DNA of 64,000 nt, taken from Dicyema japonicum. Taxonomy: Eukaryota; Animalia; Dicyemida. The stretch is taken from contig RDEW01000001.1 of the NCBI GenBank assembly GCA_011109175.1, positions 5,724-69,723 of the forward strand, written 5' to 3'. Below, piece after piece: positions 12,401 through 22,945 of this stretch. The stretch's first letter is position 1. Each line of letters opens with the position of its first letter. The notes beneath the pieces were generated by a model. It did no database searches. It was given only the letters and a program-made list of their open reading frames with translations, and had not been told where the DNA came from. The position numbers and the translations under genes were made by a program.

Positions 12401-13954
12401 CTCTTTTGACTGTTTAATATAAAAAGTTGAAGGTTAATTATTCAAGTAAACTTACAAGTAAGGAAATTAGTCGATTTGGGACAATTAACAGATATTTCAA
12501 GGACATGTATAAAAACCAATAATTATCTACATAAATCAAGTTTGACTCGTAAAATCGTCGAAACATGAGGCCAGTTGACTACTAGTTGAGCTGAAGTTGG
12601 TCGGAAACTGAGGTGGTGACGTTACTCTAGTACATTCAACATCTTGTCTCCTCATTACCTCCATCCCACTTCCTACTGGAGTCGGAGACCCTGTTTTTCT
12701 ATCAGGAAGCATCGGATGCAGCGAGCCATACATTCCCAGGACATAACCGACGAATTAAACTTCACATGGGATCTACCGCTCTCTCGGAAGGTTCTACCTG
12801 TGATACCCCTCAATCTATTTAAACGATATATGACGTAACTCCAACCTCAATAAGTTATTTTGTTTGAGAAATATGTCGAGTAGTTTTGAGATTACACTAC
12901 AAACTTGATTCCGTCACATAAAGGACATTAATCGCGTTTATAATTTTGTCACTTAACAATATCCTTGTCTAACATTCTCGTTAAACTCAAATATGGCATA
13001 TCCGATGATTACAGGGGCACGACAGATAACTACTGCCAAAATTAACAGTTTCTAAGTATTATCATTCCATACGAGATTTCTATCAAACTTGGAGAATTTC
13101 CCTCTTATTTAGACGATCAGTTGAAATCACTTGGTCTACACTCAATTAGCAAACTCCTTATTCTGTCGCGTAGTAGGTTGAATGATCCGACTCTGTGTGT
13201 ACATCAGCTTGTGAAGTCGTCATAAATGGAAAGACAAACTAAATATTTGGTCCCCGGAGTTGAGTATTAACTTCACTTCAATCAAAGCCACGAACCCTAT
13301 GAACTACCACAAATTATAGAAAATATGCAAAAATATGCAAATTGTTCAAAGTTGATTTATATGCAAAATTGTTCAAAGTTAGGGCTAATTCACTAGTAAA
13401 TGACAAATAAGACAGATACATTAAAGTTCCATTAGTGCTTAGTTTCAATTAGTCAATTCTGGATCTAATAGATGTCATATAAATATAATAATGACATTTC
13501 AATTGACAGAAAGCACAGCTAACATTAAAATTGTCTTTTATCTCACTACACGACGTTACTCGTATCTCCCAGTTTTTTACCTTTCAACCACGGAACGACG
13601 CTTTTGATTTCGGGGGTGATTTGTGGACTCAAAGTCAAAAAATGTAAAATTAGATAACAGGGCAACCATGAAGGCAAAATGATTGTCGATTCTCTTGACA
13701 TTGATATGATTGTTTGCGCTGCATTTAAAATCAATTTACGTATTTAGTCTCGAGTTCTGAATCCATCCATCGAATTATGGAGTCAAGAGCACAATATGAG
13801 CTAATCCACACCATTTCCCCCAGTCTTTATAATGTTTGCGGTTATACTGATTCACAGCTTTAAGCATGTTCGCATAGTTCATTACTTGTCGATGAACTCA
13901 TTTGATTTATTTTAAAGTCGTGAGACACTAAATATCATATGAGATCTTAATTGG

Positions 13955-14085
13955 CCATTAACCCCGGCAAAATAGGAGACCACGCTACTTACTCATTCTA
14001 CTTAGTCGCTTTAGTTTAACCATTAGCCCCGGAAACTTAGGAGACCACGCTATTTACTCAGGCTACTTAGTCACTTTAGTTTGGG
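13955..14085 (+). repeat. 65 bp tandem duplication upstream of basonuclin-like gene
   Basis: CCATTA.CCCCGG.AA..TAGGAGACCACGCTA.TTACTCA.. units start 13955 and 14020; single unit in copy C (~42905-42970). Confidence 0.8.
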
Positions 14086-14235
14086 CATCAGCACTGGCTA
14101 CGCACTTAAGTCTTGTCAACACGCTGGTTGATCGCTGTAGGACAGTGACAAGTTTGGAAGATATTCTAATTTCCAAAGCTATGCCTTTCCGTAGATTTAT
14201 TATGAAACATAATTTTAAAAATACTTTAGACTATT

Positions 14236-15245
14236 TTGCCATGCCAGATATGCAGAAACTGCAGTTCTTTCAGCTCGGATCAGAATAATCCTCGCATCTG
14301 CGTTTCTTGTGATCATTTTTTATTTAGTCACGGTATTCCGCCAATATTATTTCTACTAAATTTTGAAGGTTGTCACCCCTTGGTGACCTGTTCTGTAACA
14401 TTCGACTTTATTTTAATAAATAACAGTAAAATCCCGCCTAATCTGTTGCCTTTTTGCAGATTCATGGCACTGCTATACAGACATGACCAACTATTGGAGA
14501 GGATCTCCAGATTTGGGTGGACGAGTGAAATGATGATTCGAAGTTTCGAGGTAAAGTACAATTTTGGATTCTAGAATGTTCCAAATTCCCTCCCATCGAC
14601 AATATCACCGAAGAGGAGAAACTGATTTTGGAGAAGATTGAGTCCATCAACTTAGCTAACTACGTCGAGAACATTCGAAATAATTGCCACAACCAAACAA
14701 TCTTGAATATTCAGAATTTCAGAAATATTTTACTGAGTCTGACTTGCCAATATTACAATTTGTTCAACTTGGATGTTCAAAACAAAAATTTTATCATTTT
14801 GGACCAAAACCTGTCCAATTTAAGAAGTTTCCTGCCAAACAGCGTGGAACCTCAGAAATTTCCCCATTCTGTTCCGGAAAACAACAATTTTCAGATTCAG
14901 ACCCAAAATATGTCCAATAACACTGCATATTCAGCAGATTTGGTTCAAATGGAAAAAATAAGCAAAAATTACTATGGCGGAATCATCGAAGAGTCCGGAA
15001 AGAAGAGAATTGTCTGCAAAGGTTGTGAAAAGACATTCTGTGATAGAGGAGCCTTAAAAATCCACGTGAGTGCGATTCATCTGCATGAAAATCATTTTTG
15101 TACAGTTCCTGGCTGCAACATGAGTTTCTCTTCCAGAAGAAGTCGAAATCGCCACAGTGCTAACCCAAACCCTAGATTGCACAATTCTTCCCGATATTCT
15201 CGCCAAAGAACCCAAAACAAAGTAAAATTGGATGATAATTTATAA
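14236..15245 (+). CDS. BNC: Basonuclin/disconnected-like C2H2 zinc-finger protein, copy 1 (true start slightly upstream, unresolved)
   Basis: Paired fingers [52 protein letters not shown]; Cys-rich N-terminus and GWT..motif; short GT-AG introns near 14332-14368 and 14551-14574. Confidence 0.85.
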
Positions 15246-15391
15246 TAATTTTTCATTTAAATGAATAAGCCCATCGTTAAACCATAACATTTTATTTAAT
15301 ATTTCTGACGGAGATTGTTAGCTGGTTGTGCGATTCACAAACATGCAGAGTCTTTGACTTTCAGTATGTCTGGTTTGAAGACGATGGGTTT

Positions 15392-15520
15392 CCCGATTGA
15401 CTTACGATGTCCCCATTTGGGAATGACAAAGTATATGAGGCCCGATTGACCTACGATGTCTCCATTTGGGAATGACAAAGAGTAAGAGACCCGATTGACT
15501 GGCGGTGTCCCCATTGAAGA
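15392..15520. repeat. 49 bp minisatellite (~2.6 units; one unit fewer in copy C)
   Basis: CCCGATTGAC starts at 15392, 15441, 15490; copy C has starts only at 44282 and 44331. Confidence 0.85.
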
Positions 15521-15639
15521 ATGGCAGAATGTAGGTGGTCATGATGGAATAAAATCCATTGGAAATTAAAAATGGTATTATTAGAACTACCACGAAAGCC
15601 ATTTATTGAAATCGAATTTAAAAATCAATCTCTTCCACA

Positions 15640-15910
15640 CCTCTATTATCTACCGTTCTTAGTGTGTCCAGGACGTCAGCGGATTTTAATTATCATTTTA
15701 CGATTTTAAGTCCTTTTGTAACACGAATGTCAAAGTTATCCTAGACTTTCCACGAAAACGGCCTCTAGGCGAAAGAGTAGTCTTCCATTGCTCCGTTAGG
15801 TCAACTCCATCTTCAGGATGTGCCAGCGATATTCTATCATCTTACATCCCCATTTCTTGTAGATTCTTTTGTATGAGATCCTGATGAGAGAACCGATCAT
15901 CAAGCTTAAT
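15640..15910 (-). mobile_element. Degenerate 3' RT relic of RTE-like family
   Basis: Minus-strand translation KLDDRFSHQ..RGRFRGKSRITLTFVLQKDL resembles the 5413-6120 and 33860-36831 C-termini. Confidence 0.5.
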
Positions 15911-17484
15911 CACTCATTAACATAAATTAAAAATGTGTTTAATTACACTAAAAGTCGTGTATTAGTAATTCATCCTGACAATTTTATAATCTAAGACCAT
16001 ATATTGATTGATCGGATAACAGTGTCATTTTGGAGATTGACTGGGAGTAAATTGGCTAAGCGATAAGGCAATGTCAAAAAATGAGCTCGGGGAGGACCAG
16101 AGGGACAGTAAAACCCATGTTATTAGAATGTCAAGTATGTATTAAAATCGCGATAATTTTACCTATCGAGCATTTTCGTTAAAGCTTCAGGTTAAAGGTG
16201 GCATACGTTGCCAATAAAATCAGTCTGTAACGCTCAGGTGTATATAGCGACTGCAGTTTAAATGCATCTGATAGGTCTTCTATCTTCGTGCAAAATAAGT
16301 CGAAAGTGTGGACCAGTTGGTATAGGAGACTGACTTCAATAGAACGTTTAGCTCCAGGGGGTCTTCATTATTGCTAATCAAGTACGTAGAATTGAAGAAG
16401 TTGGCGAGGATTATTTCTCTCCAAAAGTCTATCGTTCCATCACTGTGAACGTCCTTTTCTGAGTAGCTTCTTAGATAACAAGCTGTTCTTATTACCACAG
16501 AGTCCTCCTACTATGAGTAGCTTCAAGGTGTCATTGAAATAAATAATTAAATATTATTTTTGTTTAATAATTTTTCTTGTTCACTCAGTTGCATGCGCTT
16601 CTCATGACACATCGAAAATTCTCTGGCAAAATGTGAGGTTAACCTACTTAAAAGCATTTCAGAGATATGGAAGATCTCATCACCCTATCGAAGAAAAATG
16701 TAAATACAGTTCATCGAGGCATGTAATTCTTACTTGTGAGCTTAGTGAGATCCATTCATCTTATTGACAAATGTCGAGAAAATAACGACAAAAGGACGCA
16801 CATAGTAAATGAGTAGTCGATCATTGGAGAGAACCACTGTTTTTACTAGGGACCGAAGCGTTTCGATTCAAGAGAGAACTGAAAGTAAAAATGATCGAGG
16901 TAGTATTTTCATGATAGTAATATGAACATCGATTTCGGATGCGATTTACTATGCAGTCTCCCAATAGTAAATTTACGGAATTTCGAGACTTGAGGCTCGA
17001 CAAAGTTCTTAAAAGTGTTTTCACTGTCAGTCGAAAAAGCTAATGGCTACTAAGCCCGCGATAGAACCTATCCTTGCCGGAAAACCTTGAGATGCGGAAA
17101 AAACGAAATTAATTAATAAGTAACTAAATGAATGAATTCTTTCCATATTATGTAAGATGTTAGTTATAGAGTTTTTTTCTAAGTTAAGTGCCAAAAATAA
17201 AAAATTGTCTTGTGTTTATTCCATTGATTTATTTTAATAAAAATAATCAAATGGAAAAATAATTTTTCTAGATAATTAAATAAATTTCTGAATTTTAGAT
17301 TTAAACTAAATAGGGAATAATTTTCACTTACTTATTGAAAAAGAACCTTAAAGTATTAGTTTAGTTATTCAGTTAGTAAAAAAGCACTTCCACATTTTCC
17401 ATAAGCATATGAATACGTGGCTTTCGCTTTACATTACTCCATACTATTTTTTCAGCTAGTTTTAAGTATCCATCATCTGCGCCT

Positions 17485-19270
17485 TAACACAAATGTTGAA
17501 CATTATGGTAAAGTTATTAGACACTGACAAATTTATTTAACTATTATTGAACACGTCGAAAAACCATGTTAATTGTGTGAATTTAATTAAATTATTTTTT
17601 TATTTTATTTATTAATAAAATTAGAATTATTTATAACGACTGTAATTTGTTGTTTCATGTTGTACTTATCATTTTACATTTTGACAACACAGAAAAATTG
17701 CCAAAACGAAGTAATGGATCGTGGTTCTCTGTATAAAACAATGATTATTCAGAACTGGAATGAATGTCAATTTTCTGGCGTATACTCTGATTCTCAAATA
17801 TATGAATTAAGATTACATTAAATTTCAACATGATGTCAATTTTTCAGTTAAGGGAATGAATTTACAGAATGTGTATTAAATATTAATTATTCATAGTAAC
17901 TGTCAGAATCATGAGTTTAAAATATGTAAACAAACAAATCTTAAAATCCCATCTAGCATTTACGACTTGTTATATATATTTTTATAGTATAGACTTTTGC
18001 AAGTATGTAATTCCTTCACATTCATAACAATCGATTTTGCGGAACATTTATCATTCTCGAATCTGTGTACATTTTTTGTAATTTACGTAGTATTTTCCTC
18101 GAAGAATAAATGTTATTCAAATTTTTAGAATTGGTTCTAATTTTGTTGAATTGCATAAAGTATGTTAATAATATAGTGTTATCGTGTGCAGAATCCATTT
18201 GATAATCCAAAGGCGTATGATATCATATTTAGTATAGACATATGGCACAACCTCGTCATTCAATACATATTGAAGATAATGACTTGTAGATGTTCGAAAG
18301 TAATACATTTACGGTAGGCAACACGCGATAGAAGAAACACGTAATTAATAATGTATTTCAGACTGCAGTGCCATTAGGGACAAGAACAATGTAGTTGGCA
18401 TTTGCGGAGTTTTACAACATTTAAACTAACCTGATCGGTTATTTTTAGGGATATAAATTGGTGTTAATTAATTGAAATCGTGATTTAAATAATATCCTGA
18501 TTCGCTCTCTTGCCTCGGAAAGAATAATATCATTTCAAAATCGATGAAGGACTTAATCGAATGATTGGTGTTAAAAAATGGGCAGTTTTCCTCAGATTTA
18601 TGCTGAATGATGTGAGCATTATCACAATTCATATAGGGACTTTAATCACAAGCTTTGCTCACACATGCTTACTGTCAAAAGGAAGATTAATATTTTAAAA
18701 CAGTTGAGAACGATGATGGGACTATTGTGTCTATTAGGAACATCTTCATTCCACTGCGAATCTACAATATAATCCAAAATGGAACCATCTCGACACAAAA
18801 GTTCATGCAACTTCTTGTGGAAGATTACGAAGGATCGAAAGATCAAAACACACACAAGGAAGTTAATCTTCCCTACCGATAAAGATCACCATAAAAGGGA
18901 GCACTTGAAGCTCCAGACGTTATTGTTTTTACAACGAAGATATCACGATCTTTTACTTCATCTTGGCAATTTTTCTGTGTTGTCAGAATGTAAAATGAGA
19001 AGTTCAAATGAAAGTGAACAGCAATAAGATTAAACAAAAATAATGAATTTACGTGTAACAACAAGAAATTAGCAGTCGTCTTAAATAATATTAATTTTAT
19101 TAATAAATAAAATTCAAAAATAATTTAATTAAATTACACAATTAACATGGTTTTCCGACGTGTTCAAAATTTTCCATAAAGTTAAATAAATATGTCAAAT
19201 GTCAATAACTTGCCATAATGTCTAATAACTTTGTCAAAATGTTTAACAATTTGTCAAAATTATACTTTTT
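17485..19270. mobile_element. Element with ~230 bp imperfect terminal inverted repeats (MULE-like?)
   Basis: 17500-17725 is the reverse complement of ~18945-19240 (e.g. GACAACACAGAAAAATTGCCAA / TTGGCAATTTTTCTGTGTTGTC); interior has weak ITIDF..FP motif. Confidence 0.55.
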
Positions 19271-19339
19271 GAATAATGTTTAATTACAAATCAATTTGCG
19301 CAAAATCAATTTTACATGAATTCTGAAGATAGGCTATAA

Positions 19340-20183
19340 CTTTTGACGAGGACAGTTTAATGATGATACGGGTTCTACTTTCAAAAACAGAATTGAAAGT
19401 CTGGGTTGACTCTGAGCGCTCTCGCAAAATTAATATGTCAATTGCTCTTCAGAAGGTAACTCACTCAGTTGAACAATTCTCTTGTTCAACTGAAGCTTCT
19501 TCGTGATTTGAAAATTTGTCCTACTTTTATCCAGGAATTAATATATGCGGATGACCTGGATTTTGTTTTCGAAGTATCAATAATTTCAGAACTGCTCTTA
19601 TTCATGCTCATAAGGTGTTTGGAGAGTAATTCCTTAAAATGAACGAACAAAAATCGAGGTTAATACAATCAAATGGGAAAGCAACTCACCGATGAGATTT
19701 GATGGTGAGCAAATAAAGTCTGGTCTTTGTAGCGACCTGAAGGATGTTCAACAATATACTGAACAGACTAAAATCGACACGTCTGAGAAACGCGCATGTT
19801 AGGACAAGTAAAAGTACGACTATGCAGTGAATTCTTCCTACTCATACTGTTCTAGAACTCGGGTACGTGGGGACTATCTCAAACATGTGTTGATAACTTA
19901 ATTGCTTTCGACAGAAAACAACTAATGACTCCACTAGGAATACACTACCAAATCGTGATAAAAAACCTGGATAAAATGATTACTAAGCTCCGATGGGGAT
20001 TATTTCGGCATATAATACGGATAAATCATGTCGTTCCTGCATACGATATTTTGGAATCATCATTCTCTGTTCAGGGCTTTTAGAAGGAAGTTAGGAAACA
20101 AATTTGACATCAATAATGAACATCGATCTAAAATATTCTAATGGACGCAGAGATCTAAACAACCTCCGAAAAATCGCAATCTC
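19340..20183 (+). mobile_element. Degenerate RTE-like RT relic
   Basis: ELIYADDLDF, LRWGLF.HI.R, DLNNLRKIA motifs with stops and frameshifts. Confidence 0.65.
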
Positions 20184-20339
20184 GCTATTCTGCTTTTTCA
20201 AAGCAGCGAATATAATCTTGATACTTTTGGCACAAAATTATTTTAAAATAAAAAAATAATAAATTCTAATATTTGTTATTATTAATTAAAACCAAAATAT
20301 CTTGATAAAAATAAAATCTTATTTTCATGGAAATATTTA

Positions 20340-21602
20340 ATGTTTAAATTGGATACCCCCCTAAATACAAAAGAGGCCGCATATATTGAGAGAAGGCGTA
20401 GACTCGAAGAAGAACGCAAAGCCAGAATTTTTAATTCAAAATACAGAACAATCGGAGTATAAAAAATACATATATTCCAGGTTGATAAGGAAGCTCTGAA
20501 CCAGCAAGTCGAGGACAACAAATGCAAGGCTCTCAGAGAGAAAGCAAGAGAAGAGGCTTTCAGTTAAATCTCAGTTATTTAAAAATAGTGAACGATTTGC
20601 TGCAAAATTGCAAACTTTCGCAAATCATGGAACAACAAGTGGAGAGAGATCGAAGAAGAGTGAATATCTCATTAAACGAATATCGATCAAATAATCAAGC
20701 GCCACAAACTAGACGTGAATGGGATATTAACGACCCGACATTCGGAAGAAGTCCACTCCCGTGAGACTCTCCGATGATGATGTCCGCTGTGGTCCTTCTA
20801 GCATACAAAAATTCGAAGGGGAAGATCTTGAATTTGGGGTATTTCTCCGTTCTTATTGATTTTTTGATAGAACCGGAAACTTTTCCAGCAGGAACAAAAC
20901 CGGGAGTGGCTAAAGCAGCAAATAAAAGTCAGAAACGAAGAAGAGGCCTATGAAAAAGAAGCGGACAAATTGTACCACCAGAAAATGAGTCAACTTGACG
21001 ACCAGCTCTGTGAACTCGCTCAAAGTGAGGAAGAAATGCCGCCGAGCAATAAAGCAGGGACTGAAAGACTACAACAAGGAATTGGTAATTAAAATTCAAA
21101 TAATCGGGCAAATCAAAAAAACTTCGAGAAAGAACGAGAAGAGGTGAATTCAAACAACGATAAAATAACTCACATGCTCAAACGTGGTGAACAGCGATAT
21201 GCTCACGGAAAACCCGGCGGTCTCTCAGTCAGTCCGTGGACCAAGCCGAGTGATTCCTGATCGCTGGAAGGGAATGAGTGATCAACAAATAAACGAGATA
21301 TTCCAAACTAGGAAACTCCAGATCAACGAAAGAAACGTATTTTGTTCATAATTTTTCAGAAATTGAAAAATGAAGAAAAACTCGCTAACGAAATGTGGCA
21401 GGAGCAGTTATTGGCACGCAGCCGAGCCGGTCTTTTGCTTGACAGAGAACAGCAAAGAAATAAAATGGACATTAACAAGAAGATAAGCAGAGAAAATAAA
21501 AGGTTGTCTGAGGAACAGAGAAGTAATCAAGAATATCTGAATAAACACGTGTATACTAACGAACCACAATATTTTTGTCAGTTTAATACCACTTCTCGCT
21601 AA
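20340..21602 (+). CDS. RIB43A: RIB43A-like ciliary coiled-coil protein (several 1-bp lesions: pseudogene or sequence error)
   Basis: MFKLDTPLNTKEAAYIERRR..RIFNSKYRTIGVDKEAL, RREWDINDP, QKFEGEDL, IPDRWKGMS, YFCQFNTTSR*; introns 20457-20480 (24), 20563-20588 (26), 20839-20870 (32), 21337-21359 (23). Confidence 0.92.
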
Positions 21603-22539
21603 CTAACAATAATTTAGTCAATAAATTGAATTCACAAGTTTTTTCTGTTTTAATAAAATTCCTGCTGATATAAATGACCTTATTTAGGTTACCCATGAGG
21701 ATACACGTGGTGCTATTGGATTACTCGATTCTTTTCTATATATTGGTGTAATGGTGCAATTTACATAGGAGACGGCCAATGTCTGGCCGGCATTAAAAAA
21801 GACCCATCTCTTCATTCCACGGGGAAACTATTGGCGACATGTTCTGGCTTCAACCTCAGCTTCCTGTACAATGTCCTCTGGCTTCTGTGCTTGGATGGGG
21901 GCTCTACTAGAACGCGTCAAGATCACGGGTTTAGTTAGTTCCCTGGTCATAGTGGTGACTAATCTTTCCCAACGTCGCTTCTTTGAAGTATCCACAATTA
22001 TGAGAACCTTTCCATTGGATTGGGGTGCCGACCAGGCCTGAGCGTCTCCAACGTTAGGTGGATTAATAAAGGCAGAAGTCCTTCAATCTCTATGAATTGA
22101 AGAAGGCAAAGAGCAGAACTGAATCTTTCAACCAAGCAGGTAGTTGTATGGGAATCGAGCCTACATCTAAATTTGACACGACCGACAACTCTACCATTAC
22201 GCTTCATTGTTATCACTGATTTCGAAGGTATGAGTAAATTTCCAGATTTCTGAAGATTTTTGATATATAATTTTTTAAATTTCACTGATCTGATGAAAAT
22301 TGATGCTGTTCAGATCTGCATAAGATTTTTCAATTGAATAATCGAGTAGTTAGATATTTGAAATCATTTCAATTAAAACCAAATAGTTTGAGCTGATTTC
22401 GGCCAAACTTGAAAACAACGTGGGAATATTAACTGATTCTTGGTCTAAAATAATTAAGAATCGAAGCATTTTTGATTAAATTGATAACAACTTAGGATGG
22501 ATTTTCTATTTTTGAGAACAATTCACAGCATCATTCGAT

Positions 22540-22800
22540 CTTCACCGTGGCAGCCGTCAAAGAAATCAGGCAATCAATATCTGTGAAGTAGGATTTTATT
22601 CTTTGTGTAATAGATGTAAAACAAAAGTGACGTGGAAAAGATTTGGATATAAAAATTTCATTGAGGTCCCAGCTAAAATTAGATTTATTCCTAGCACTTG
22701 CAATATATCTTGCAGCATCTGTGACGAATAAGAACTTTTCACGTTCAATTGAAATTTTTCATTATTTCATCAACTTTTTTTTATTGTTGAAACTTTGTAA
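22540..22800 (-). mobile_element. hAT-like (DUF659-type) transposase relic
   Basis: EREKFLFVTDAARY, LAGTSMKFLYPNLFHVTFVLHLLH, IKSYFTDIDCLIS across frameshifts. Confidence 0.55.
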
Positions 22801-22945
22801 CACAAGATGACTTTATCATACAAAAGGAATTTTTAAATGTCAGTAAAACAAGTATTATTAATAGAACATTCTAGAATTAATATTCCTACTAAATTTCCTT
22901 GTTCCTTTAAATGAATAATTTCTATGTTTAAATTTGGAGCCAGTC

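Larger units (their letters stand above)
6134..20183 (+). repeat. Segmental duplication unit, copy B (direct partner 36845-48849)
   Basis: Collinear near-identity with 36845-48849 apart from indels; homology ends at ATCGCAATCTCG (20183/48849). Confidence 0.93.

Noticed and set aside
13050-13225. CR1-like RT 3' end (SYLDDQLKSLGLHSI)
   Set aside because: Single weak motif; not enough support to list as a feature
15392-15520. CRISPR-like array
   Set aside because: Eukaryotic context; units are contiguous with no unique spacers and there are no cas genes
19466-19492. Perfect 11 bp hairpin CAGTTGAACAA-TTCTC-TTGTTCAACTG
   Set aside because: Lies inside an RT relic and is disrupted in the paralog at 48131; likely chance
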